Position numbers and translations under genes: made by a program. The notes under the pieces are model-generated. The model searched no databases and had not been told where the DNA came from. It worked only from the letters and a program-made list of their open reading frames with translations. A stretch of 64,000 bases of DNA from a bacterium GBS-1 (GTDB lineage: Bacteria > Synergistota > GBS-1), in NCBI GenBank assembly GCA_001443005.1, contig LEKQ01000016.1:10788-74787 (forward strand). The letters are read 5' to 3'. This document shows positions 26,412 through 34,708 of the stretch, one piece after another (positions within the stretch are counted from its first letter, which is position 1; the number at the start of each line of letters is the position of its first letter).

Positions 26412-28294
26412 AGAGCTTTTATATAACGACACCAATTTATTACGTTAATGATGTTCCTCATATAGGTCATGCTTATACGACGATAGCTGCTGATGTTATG
26501 GCTCGTTGGAAGAGGATGGAGGGGTATGATGTCCTCTTTTGCACTGGAACTGACGAGCATGGTCAGAAGATAAACAGGGCTGCTGAGAAACTTGGCCTTC
26601 ACCCTAAGGAGCTTGCAGATAGGGTGGTTGAGAACTTTAAAAGCCTTTGGGTCAAACTTAACATAAGCAACGATGACTTCATAAGGACCACTGAGGAACG
26701 CCATAAGAGGGTTGTTCAGGAAGCCTTTAAAAGGATGATAGAGTCAGGTGATATTTACAAAGGGGTTTACGAGGGTTGGTATTGCGTCTTTTGCGAAAGC
26801 TTCTGGAGCGAGTCCCAGCTTATTCCTGAGAGGAGATGCCCTGATTGCGGAAGAGAGGTTGAGATGGTCAGAGAGGAGACTTACTTCTTTAGGCTCTCTA
26901 AGTATCAGGATAGACTTCTTAAACACATGGAGGAGAACCCCGATTGCGTGAAGCCCGAGTCGCGCTTTAACGAGGTTTACAGTTTCATAAGAATGGGGTT
27001 AAAGGATATAAGCGTGACTAGAACCACGGTTAAATGGGGTATTCCCTTTCCCTTGGATCCCTCTCACGTCATTTATGTCTGGTTCGATGCGCTTATAAAT
27101 TACCTTACGGTTGCAGGCTTTACTCAAGATGAGGAGAAGTTCAACAAATACTGGCCTGTGGTTCATCACCTCGTTGGTAAAGATATATTGAGATTCCATG
27201 CGGTTATATGGCCTGCCATGCTTATGTCCCTTGGGGTTAACCCTCCTAAGATGGTCTTCGCTCACGGATGGTGGACCGTCGAGGGGGAGAAGATGTCTAA
27301 GTCCAAGGGCAATGTTGTGGATCCCAACGAGGTCGTCGATAAGTATGGGGTGGATGCCTTTAGGTATTTCCTTCTCAGGGAGGTTCCCTTTGGGCTTGAT
27401 GGGGACTTCTCCCGTGACGCCTTCATAAACAGGGTAAATGGGGAGCTAGCTGACAATTTTGGTAATCTTCTTAATAGGACCTTGGTCATGGTTGAAAAGT
27501 TCTTCGGTGGTGTGGTTCCTGAGCCTATGGAAGAGGAGGCGGTGGACAGGGAGATAGCTTCTTTAGCTTTGGAAACCTTTAGGAAAGCGAAGGAATACAT
27601 GGATGAGTTCGGCTTCGATAAAGCCCTTAGGGAGATCTTGGCCCTTTCATCGAGGCTGAACAAGTATGTGGATGAGACATCTCCTTGGGCTTTGGCTCGG
27701 GAGGGGAGGAAAGGGAGATTGTCAAGCGTAATATACACGGTCCTCGAGGGGCTCAGGTTCCTAACCGTTATGTTAACCCCCTTCATACCTAAAAGTGGAG
27801 AGAGAGCTTGGACGATGCTTGGTTTGGAGGGGAAGCCGGAGGATCACGGCTTTTCATCCTTGGTCTGGGGTAAGTTCCCTGTGGGTATAAGGGTTAAACC
27901 TGGAGAGGTTTTGTTCCCAAGGATAGAGGTTAAGACTGAGGTAAAAAGGGAGGAGATGAAGGTGGAGAGCTTCGTTAGCATCGATGAGTTTAGGAAGATG
28001 GATCTAAGGATAGCCAAGGTTCTTTCTGCGGAGAGGGTTCCGAAGACCGATAAACTTCTCAAGCTTGAAATAGACATAGGTGATGAAAGAAGGACCATAG
28101 TTGCTGGTATAGCTGAGGTATATTCTCCGGAGGAGCTCATAGGCAAGGAGGTTGTGGTCATCGCTAACCTTGAGCCTGCCAAGATAAAGGGTATAGTATC
28201 TCAAGGCATGCTTCTTGCTGCCATAGATAGGGATGGTAAGCCGGTTATACTGAGGCCGGAAAGAGATGTGGATCCAGGAAGCAAGGTGACTTAG
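26408..28294 (+). CDS. metG: Methionyl-tRNA synthetase with C-terminal tRNA-binding (Trbp111/EMAP-like) domain
   Basis: HIGH (PHIGHAY) and KMSKS motifs, zinc knuckle (CVFC...CPDCG), C-terminal LRIAKV......DKLLKLEIDIG. Confidence 0.95.
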   Translation: MKSFYITTPIYYVNDVPHIGHAYTTIAADVMARWKRMEGYDVLFCTGTDEHGQKINRAAEKLGLHPKELADRVVENFKSLWVKLNISNDDFIRTTEERHKRVVQEAFKRMIESGDIYKGVYEGWYCVFCESFWSESQLIPERRCPDCGREVEMVREETYFFRLSKYQDRLLKHMEENPDCVKPESRFNEVYSFIRMGLKDISVTRTTVKWGIPFPLDPSHVIYVWFDALINYLTVAGFTQDEEKFNKYWPVVHHLVGKDILRFHAVIWPAMLMSLGVNPPKMVFAHGWWTVEGEKMSKSKGNVVDPNEVVDKYGVDAFRYFLLREVPFGLDGDFSRDAFINRVNGELADNFGNLLNRTLVMVEKFFGGVVPEPMEEEAVDREIASLALETFRKAKEYMDEFGFDKALREILALSSRLNKYVDETSPWALAREGRKGRLSSVIYTVLEGLRFLTVMLTPFIPKSGERAWTMLGLEGKPEDHGFSSLVWGKFPVGIRVKPGEVLFPRIEVKTEVKREEMKVESFVSIDEFRKMDLRIAKVLSAERVPKTDKLLKLEIDIGDERRTIVAGIAEVYSPEELIGKEVVVIANLEPAKIKGIVSQGMLLAAIDRDGKPVILRPERDVDPGSKVT

Positions 28295-28298
28295 AGAT

Positions 28299-29075
28299 AT
28301 GAAGCTTTTTGATAGCCATTGTCACTTAAATATGAGGCATTTTAAGGACGATTGGAAAAGTACTTACGAGAGGGGTTTGAAGGCAGGGGTATATAGAATG
28401 GTTGTTGTGGGATGGGATATATCATCGAGCGAGAGGGCGCTTAAGATGACTGATGAAGCCGAGGGGGTCTACGCTGCTTGTGGCTTTCATCCTCACGATT
28501 CCAAGCTCTTTCGCGATGGAGACGACGTTAAGCTCAGGAAGCTTCTTTCCCATCCCAAAAGTGTGGCCTTGGGGGAGATAGGTTTGGATTATTATTATGA
28601 TAATTCGCCAAGGGATGTCCAGCTTAAGGTCTTTGAGGCTCAGCTTGCTCTGGCTAAGGAGATAGACAAACCCGTCGTTATACATGTGAGGGATGCTTAC
28701 GAAGAGGCTCTTTCGGTTGTTAGGAACGTGGGACTTCCTTCAAGCGGAGGGGTGTTGCACTGTTATACTGGCGGGACGAGCTTTATAGAGAAAGCCCTAT
28801 CTTTTGGATTTTACATATCCTTTTCCGGTATAATCACCTTTCCTAACGCCGATGACTTAAGAGAATCTGCCAAGATGGTTCCTAAAGAGAAGCTCCTTAT
28901 AGAGACAGACTCTCCTTACTTAGCTCCTAAGCCTCATAGGGGAAAGAGAAACGAACCATCTTATCTAATATATGTGTTAAGGGGATTAGCTAACGTGAGG
29001 GGTGAGGAAGAGGAAGAGCTTGCTCTTGTAACCTATGAAAATGCAAATAGGTTTTTCAGAATTAATTATTTGTGA
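28299..29075 (+). CDS. tatD: TatD-family metal-dependent hydrolase
   Basis: DSHCHL, GEIGLDYYY, VIHVRDA, LHCY, ETDSPYL motifs. Confidence 0.9.
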   Translation: MKLFDSHCHLNMRHFKDDWKSTYERGLKAGVYRMVVVGWDISSSERALKMTDEAEGVYAACGFHPHDSKLFRDGDDVKLRKLLSHPKSVALGEIGLDYYYDNSPRDVQLKVFEAQLALAKEIDKPVVIHVRDAYEEALSVVRNVGLPSSGGVLHCYTGGTSFIEKALSFGFYISFSGIITFPNADDLRESAKMVPKEKLLIETDSPYLAPKPHRGKRNEPSYLIYVLRGLANVRGEEEEELALVTYENANRFFRINYL

Positions 29076-29113
29076 TAAAATATTCTTATAAAGGTGGAAA
29101 GGAGGTAATTGTT

Positions 29114-29956
29114 GTGAAAAAACTTATCGGGTGGTTGGTGATATGTTTAGGCGTTGGGGTTATGGCCGTGGGAGCAATCGCTCAATCTTCTTATACACAG
29201 CCTTCTCAAGTTGGCGAGGTTGCAAAGGTTGTTGAGGAGACGGCTCACGGTTCGATTAACTGGACCGAGGATTATGTTGAGGCCTCTGGTTCTGCCGTTC
29301 CTCCTACTACTGCCGTTAATCCAGCGCAGGGGAAGCTCTTGGCCAAGAGGGGAGCTATCCTTGACCTTCAGAGGAACTTACTTGAGACCATAAAGGGTGT
29401 GAGGATTGATAGCCAAACCCTAATGGAGAACTTCATGGTCAAGAGCGATATAGTTAGGAGCGAGGTTGAGGGATGGGTAAAGGGAGTAGAGGTTGTAAGG
29501 GAGAAATGGGATGGCGAAATATACACCGTATGGGGAAGGATATATCTTAAGAAGGTCAGGAAGGTTGTCGCTGATACTTTAGGTATCCAACCTAAGGAAG
29601 TTACACCTCCACCTCCTAAGGCTAACTACACTGGACTTGTACTTGATGCAAGAGACGTTCCTTTGATTCCTGCTACAACCTTTAGGATACTCGATCCCAA
29701 TGGGAAGGAAGTCTACTCTATAAATCACGTTGACAGGGAGAGGTTTATGGCTAGTGGAATGGCTGCCTATCAGACAAACATAAACTGGGCAACTGGAGAC
29801 CCAAGGGTTGGAACCAGGCCTTTGGTCGCGAAGGCTATTAAGACGGTTTCCCCCAATAACGTTGACGTTGTAATATCCCAGAAAGAAGCTGATGCTATAA
29901 GGAATAATAACTATGATTTTAGGCCCGCGTGTAGGGTGATAGTCGTTAAGCGGTGA
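29114..29956 (+). CDS. Secreted protein P1: LPP20/FlgP-like domain plus uncharacterised C-terminal domain
   Basis: GTG at 29114 after GGAAAGGAGG. Signal-like helix LIGWLVICLGVGVMAVGAIA. The motifs GSINWTEDYV, AQGKLLAKRGAILDLQRNLL and DGEIYTV are shared with P3. A PPPP linker precedes the YTGLVLDARD...domain. Confidence 0.6.
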   Translation: MKKLIGWLVICLGVGVMAVGAIAQSSYTQPSQVGEVAKVVEETAHGSINWTEDYVEASGSAVPPTTAVNPAQGKLLAKRGAILDLQRNLLETIKGVRIDSQTLMENFMVKSDIVRSEVEGWVKGVEVVREKWDGEIYTVWGRIYLKKVRKVVADTLGIQPKEVTPPPPKANYTGLVLDARDVPLIPATTFRILDPNGKEVYSINHVDRERFMASGMAAYQTNINWATGDPRVGTRPLVAKAIKTVSPNNVDVVISQKEADAIRNNNYDFRPACRVIVVKR

Positions 29957-29959
29957 TCC

Positions 29960-31111
29960 TTGATGAGGCTTACTTTTAATTTTTCCCTTCTATTTCTTTT
30001 TATTCTTTTAATATCTTTTCCTGTTATAGGCCTTGAAAAGGGTGAAACGACCGTTGAGGTTGAGGGAGCTGGAGCTATTATCGGCGGAGATAAGGAAAGG
30101 GCCTTTGAGGAGGCTAAGAGGGATGCCTTTAGGAACGCTATAGAGCAGGGGTTGGGGGTCTTGATTCAGGGTATAACCGAGATGGAGAACTTCCAAGTTA
30201 TAAGGGATAAAGTTATGGCTCAGTCAAAGGGGCTTATAACCGGTTACAAGGTGCTTAGTAGATGGGAAGAGGATGGCATAGTTAAGGTTAAGATAAGGGC
30301 CACCGTCGCCCTAAGTAAGCTAAACGATGTCTTAGGGCCGGTGGTCATCGATACCCTTGGTAACCCAGTTTTGATGGTTTGCGTTGCTGAAAGCATCGAT
30401 GGTAAGACGCCCTTTATCTCTGTCAGCGAATCCACCATATTGAGCGTCTTTCAGAATGCTGGCTATCATGTAGTTAATCCCAGTCAGATAGATGCTAATA
30501 GGCGCAGGGAGGCTACAGAGGCGAGCCTCACCGGTGACAAATCCAAGCTCATAGAGCTGGCGAAGAGGCACGATGCGGATGTTGTTATTTCGGGCAAAGC
30601 TATGGCTGTTCCTTACACTTCGCAGGTGGTTTCAGGCCAGAAGCTTTATGGCGTTCAGGCTCAACTTAGCATAGAGGCTATAATAACGCAGACGGGGAAA
30701 GTGCTTGGGGTTGCTATACCGTCAGTTAGGAAGGTAGGCTTAAGCGTGGAGGATGCTGCTATGAAGGGGCTCAAGGAGGCTGCCGATGAGGCTGCGAGGA
30801 AGCTAGTTTATGAGGTTGCCTATGCGATGCTGGGGCAAACGGGCAAGGGTATAGCTGGAAGGACGATTCAGGTTAGGATAGAGGGGTTAAACTTCACTCA
30901 GGCGAGGAAGATAAAGGGAGAGATGGAGAAGTTTAAGGGGGTTGTCGGGGTATACCAGAGGAGCTTTGTTGACGGTAATTTGGTTGTGGACGTTAACATT
31001 GAGGGTAACGCTGAGGACTTAGCGGTCAGACTTGAGGAGCTTGGCCTTGAGGTCGTAAACTTTACCGCAAACAACATAGTTTGTCGGTTTAAAGGAGGAG
31101 GAGGGAATTGA
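29960..31111 (+). CDS. Secreted protein P2: three-module FlgT-like protein
   Basis: Signal peptide (FSLLFLFILLISFPVIG). N-module EVEGAGA...AFEEAKRDAFRNAIEQG..., middle alpha/beta module (VLMVCVAE...NAGYHVV), C-terminal module also present in P5. Length (383 aa) and module order resemble Vibrio FlgT. Confidence 0.5.
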   Translation: MMRLTFNFSLLFLFILLISFPVIGLEKGETTVEVEGAGAIIGGDKERAFEEAKRDAFRNAIEQGLGVLIQGITEMENFQVIRDKVMAQSKGLITGYKVLSRWEEDGIVKVKIRATVALSKLNDVLGPVVIDTLGNPVLMVCVAESIDGKTPFISVSESTILSVFQNAGYHVVNPSQIDANRRREATEASLTGDKSKLIELAKRHDADVVISGKAMAVPYTSQVVSGQKLYGVQAQLSIEAIITQTGKVLGVAIPSVRKVGLSVEDAAMKGLKEAADEAARKLVYEVAYAMLGQTGKGIAGRTIQVRIEGLNFTQARKIKGEMEKFKGVVGVYQRSFVDGNLVVDVNIEGNAEDLAVRLEELGLEVVNFTANNIVCRFKGGGGN

Positions 31112-31548
31112 AGTTTGGAGTTTCCCTTTTCCTGATTTTGACCTTTTCCCTACCAGTTTTTGCGATTCCCTATAATGTAGATCTTTCCCTTCTTAGGAAA
31201 TTTAACGAAGATAATCTTGCTCTCCAGGGTTTCCCCTGGGGGAGCATAAACTGGGAGGAGAATGTCGTTATAGTTAAGGGCATAGGTAGGGTTCCTGAAA
31301 GCTACGAGAGTGAGGCTCAGGCCAGGCTTCTTGCAAGAAGGGGTGCTATCTTAGTCGCTCAGAGAAACGCCTTATTTTTACTTTATCAGCTAAACTATCC
31401 TCTTCCCAAGAACTATAACACGGTTAAGATAAAGGGAGTTGTCGGGGGAGGTTATATAGTTGAGGAGAGCTTTGATGGTAAGGTTTATACGGTGGTTTTG
31501 AAGATACCCTTGAAGGAGTTGTTAGAGTATAGTGTGGAGATTCAGTAA
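31108..31548 (+). CDS. Secreted protein P3: small LPP20/FlgP-like protein
   Basis: Signal peptide MKFGVSLFLILTFSLPVFA. GSINWEENVV, AQARLLARRGAILVAQRNAL and DGKVYTV are paralogous to P1. It overlaps P2 by 4 nt and follows the RBS GGAGGAGGAGGG. Confidence 0.6.
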   Translation: MKFGVSLFLILTFSLPVFAIPYNVDLSLLRKFNEDNLALQGFPWGSINWEENVVIVKGIGRVPESYESEAQARLLARRGAILVAQRNALFLLYQLNYPLPKNYNTVKIKGVVGGGYIVEESFDGKVYTVVLKIPLKELLEYSVEIQ

Positions 31549-31570
31549 AGGAGGGTTGTTTTAAGATAAC

Positions 31571-32953
31571 ATGAGAAGGGTGATTTGGGGTTTGGTTTTG
31601 GTTTTCGGGTTTTTAAGTTTGAGCTCTGTGGTTTTTGGAGCTTCCGATAAGATGAGGGTTGCCGTTATAGATTTCAGCAATAACGTGACTGGACCGGAGA
31701 GTGAGCAGGTTGAGGCCGTTAGAAGGGCTATAACCGATATGTTCATTACTGAGCTATGGAAGACGCAGATGTTCTCGATAGTGGAAAGAAGCCGCCTTGA
31801 AGCCATAGCCAGGGAGCATAGGTTAGCGCAGGCGGGTTTAGTTGATGCGACGACGGCGGCTCAGTTGGGTAAACTTCTTGGTGTGGAGGCTATTATAACC
31901 GGTAGCATAACCCAGTTCACGCTGAAGAAGAGAGGTGGTTTTATACCCATTCCTCAGCTGGGTGGAATAGCCGTTGGAGAAACGGAGGCCTTTGTTACGC
32001 TAGACGTTAGGATCGTTAACGTTGAGACAGGCGAGATAATACTTGTGGCTAAGGAGACTGGTCAAGCTACCCATAGCATGGGTGGGGTTGCCTTTGGAGG
32101 ACTCATAGCCGGTCAGGGAGAAGCGGAAGGGATCTTGGCGGCTGCTACTCGTCAGTGTGTAGAAAAGCTCGTTAAGAAGATCGGGGCTATTAGGGCGCGG
32201 GGAGGCAAGATGGTATATCACGTTATAAGAAGTGAGAGAGGTAGGGTTTACATAGATGCCGGAGAAGCGAACGCTGGTGTAACGCCGGGGAACTATTTCG
32301 CAGTCTACGTCGAAGGGGAGCCCATCTATGGTGTTAAAGGTGAGCTCTTAGGGGTTGAGAAGAACTACATAGCTGTTCTTGAGGTTGAGGAGGTTTATCC
32401 CCAGTACTCTATAGCCAGCGTAGTTAAGGGTAAGGGAGTGATGAGAGGGGATAAGGTCGAGCCTTTGTTTGATCCTTCTGCTGTCGAAAAGATAAATATA
32501 AGGCCGAGGATACTTGCTGAGGGGGCATCTGGGTCGCCTTCCCAAGGGCAGCCCGGTGAAACTCCGCCTCCACCACCTTCAGCTGGAGGGCAAACTCCAC
32601 CACCTCCTCCACCTCCACCAGCGCCTCAAAGCGTTTCAATACTTAACACCGGAACTACGGTTGAAGTTATAGAGCTTTGGCCTATAAGCTCTGATCTGAA
32701 GAATAACCTGATAAGGCTTCACAAGGCTGGGTATTATAACTATTCGAAGAAGAATTACTCTCTTGCTATTCAGAACTATAAGCTTGCCTTCGAATCCTAT
32801 AATGGTAATTACGTTGCCTGCTACTGGTTAGGAAGGATTTACTATGAAATGGGCAGGAGAAAGGAAGCTATAGAATGGTGGCGAAAGGGATTAAGCATCA
32901 ATCCTAACTATGAGCCCGTTAAGAACAAGCTTAAGGAGGTTGGAGCCCTTTGA
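31571..32953 (+). CDS. Secreted protein P4: CsgG/LpoB-like domain, beta-rich domain, polyproline linker and C-terminal TPR
   Basis: Signal peptide. MRVAVIDFSNN...TDMFITEL.....FSIVERSRLEAIAREHRLAQAGLVD...LGKLLGVEAIITGSITQF (CsgG-fold signature). GRVYIDAGEANGV.PGNYF.VY beta domain. PPPPPSAGGQTPPPPPPPPAP linker. TPR-like YNY..KNY..AI..Y..A......Y.ACYWLGRIYYEMGRRKEAIEWW.KGL..NPNY. Confidence 0.6.
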   Translation: MRRVIWGLVLVFGFLSLSSVVFGASDKMRVAVIDFSNNVTGPESEQVEAVRRAITDMFITELWKTQMFSIVERSRLEAIAREHRLAQAGLVDATTAAQLGKLLGVEAIITGSITQFTLKKRGGFIPIPQLGGIAVGETEAFVTLDVRIVNVETGEIILVAKETGQATHSMGGVAFGGLIAGQGEAEGILAAATRQCVEKLVKKIGAIRARGGKMVYHVIRSERGRVYIDAGEANAGVTPGNYFAVYVEGEPIYGVKGELLGVEKNYIAVLEVEEVYPQYSIASVVKGKGVMRGDKVEPLFDPSAVEKINIRPRILAEGASGSPSQGQPGETPPPPPSAGGQTPPPPPPPPAPQSVSILNTGTTVEVIELWPISSDLKNNLIRLHKAGYYNYSKKNYSLAIQNYKLAFESYNGNYVACYWLGRIYYEMGRRKEAIEWWRKGLSINPNYEPVKNKLKEVGAL

Positions 32954-33708
32954 TTAGGAAGATCTTAGTTTTGTTGGTTTTGCTTTGTGCGCTAACTGGT
33001 ATAGCCCTGGCTTACTTGCCCAGCGATGGAAGGGTTGTCGTGATCCTGGATAACCATCTTGCAGAGTCTAAGATAATGGAGGCGCTAATAAGCTCGGGGT
33101 ACAATGTAGTTGAAAGGGAGGAGTTGGAGAAGATAAAGAAAAGCCAGGCAGCCATTTTAGCCCTTCAGGGAAATGCAGAAGCCATAATGAAGCTTGGGAA
33201 TGCCTATAGAATAGCTTACTTCGTTAGGGGTAAGAGTCAGTTTGAGGAGCCAAGGTTAAATGAGTTTAACCTTTATACGGCTACGGCATCCCTTTCTATT
33301 CAAGCCTATAGGACTAAGGATGCGCGCTTCCTATTAAGTCAGGTCTTTTCGGCGAAGGCAGTTGGCTATACCGGGGAAGAAGCACAAAGGAAGGCTTTAA
33401 TTGAGGCAGCATCTAAGGCTGCTACCTTTCTTATAGGTGCCCAGCATCCGAGCGAGGTTTCAGGACCTGCTAGAGCTATCCTGAGAGGGGTGTCCGATTA
33501 CGGAATAGTTAATAGCGTTTACGAGAAAATACGTGGTTTTCCTGGAAGCAGGAACGTTAAGGTTGTTTCCTACGGCGGAGGGCAAGCGATTATAGAGTTT
33601 CTCTACTCGGGGGATTTAAATAGCTTGGCTCAAAGCCTTAAAACTGCTGGTTTACCTATAGAGGTCGTTTCGGTTCAGGGAAGGGTGATACATATCAATT
33701 GCTATTGA
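32950..33708 (+). CDS. Secreted protein P5: paralog of the middle and C-terminal modules of P2
   Basis: Signal-like helix ILVLLVLLCALTGIALA. The SSGYNVVEREELEKIK module and the C-terminal VKVVSYGGGQAIIEFLYSGDLNSLAQSLKTAGLPIEVVSVQGRVIHI parallel P2 VGVYQRSFVDGNLVVDVNIEGNAEDLAVRLEELGLEVVNFTANNIVCRF. It overlaps P4 by 4 nt. Confidence 0.5.
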   Translation: MIRKILVLLVLLCALTGIALAYLPSDGRVVVILDNHLAESKIMEALISSGYNVVEREELEKIKKSQAAILALQGNAEAIMKLGNAYRIAYFVRGKSQFEEPRLNEFNLYTATASLSIQAYRTKDARFLLSQVFSAKAVGYTGEEAQRKALIEAASKAATFLIGAQHPSEVSGPARAILRGVSDYGIVNSVYEKIRGFPGSRNVKVVSYGGGQAIIEFLYSGDLNSLAQSLKTAGLPIEVVSVQGRVIHINCY

Positions 33709-33714
33709 ATAAGA

Positions 33715-33792
33715 TGGTCGGGGCAACCGGACTTGAACCGGTGACCTCCTGCTCCCGAAGCAGGCGCGCTAACCAGTCTGCGCTATGCCCCG
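33715..33792 (-). tRNA. tRNA-Pro (anticodon CGG), CCA encoded
   Basis: The minus strand folds as a cloverleaf: acceptor CGGGGCA/TGCCCCG, D-stem GCGC/GCGC, anticodon stem CCTGC/GCAGG with loop TTCGGGA, T-stem ACCGG/CCGGT with loop TTCAAGT, then A-CCA. Confidence 0.9.
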
Positions 33793-33810
33793 ACCTTCTA
33801 CCTTATTTTA

Positions 33811-34680
33811 TCATCTACCGTTTTCTTTGGTCAAGCTTATGAGCTTTTCCTCTATGCTAAGAAGTCTCTCTATAGCATTCTTGAGGTTGCTTACGCTTTC
33901 CTGAAGGCTTTGAGATAGCGAAGCGTAATTCTCTACGGTTTCCTTGACCCTTTCAATCGGTTCCTTCAAGGTGGTTATGCTTCCTTTAAGGTGGTTTAAG
34001 GTGCTCGCTATCTCTCCCGCTGAGCTTGAGCTCTGGTCGGCAAGCTTGCTTACCTCGCTTGCTACGACTGCGAAGCCCTTGCCTAACTCTCCCGCTCGCG
34101 CAGCTTCGATGGAAGCGTTAAGCCCTATCATCTTGGTCTGCTTAGCTATCCCTTGGATAGATTTAATAATGTCGTTCACCTTCTCCGCTTCGCCTATGAG
34201 CTCCTCTATCTTATCGGTGAGGGATAGAGTTAACTTCTTTACTTGATCCGTTCCCTTATATAACGTTTCTGAGAGCTTGGTTAATGTGGGTAAGGCTTCC
34301 TCTATCTTGACCTTGGTATCTCCAAGCTCCTTTATCTGTTCCAATAGAACCGACTTCTCCCTCTCCTCGTACTCTATTATATCCCAGATAAACTTAGCAT
34401 CCTTGGCCTTAAGGAGGCTCGCGTGAGGTGGCTTTTTCCTTTCAAGCTCATTTGCTACCTCCTCTCTTCCCGTTACCTCTATTATCAGATCAAAAGAGCG
34501 AGACAGAAGTTCATCGATCTTCGTCGTAGTGAATATACCATATTTTTTAGCTTCAAGTATAGCTGGGGCATCGGGTCTTACGTCCATTATACCTGATATA
34601 GGTATGTTTAGTTTCTTAAACTGCTTTAGCAGGCTCAAAGCACCCCTTCCGCCGCCAACCAAAACAACACCCCTATACAT
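33811..34680 (-). CDS. Soluble methyl-accepting chemotaxis protein with N-terminal Rossmann-like domain
   Basis: No TM segment. N-terminus [14 protein letters not shown] (GxGxxA-type dinucleotide-fold start). C-terminus has the MCP hairpin-tip signature [37 protein letters not shown]. Confidence 0.75.
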   Translation of the reverse strand: MYRGVVLVGGGRGALSLLKQFKKLNIPISGIMDVRPDAPAILEAKKYGIFTTTKIDELLSRSFDLIIEVTGREEVANELERKKPPHASLLKAKDAKFIWDIIEYEEREKSVLLEQIKELGDTKVKIEEALPTLTKLSETLYKGTDQVKKLTLSLTDKIEELIGEAEKVNDIIKSIQGIAKQTKMIGLNASIEAARAGELGKGFAVVASEVSKLADQSSSSAGEIASTLNHLKGSITTLKEPIERVKETVENYASLSQSLQESVSNLKNAIERLLSIEEKLISLTKENGR

Positions 34681-34708
34681 TTGTTATATCCACCCCTTTT
34701 CACTCTTC

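Noticed and set aside
32560-32630. Proline-codon run as a possible DNA tandem repeat or contingency locus
   Set aside because: The codons are mixed (CCT/CCA/CCG) without a perfect nucleotide repeat unit. It is in frame and is interpreted as a protein linker.
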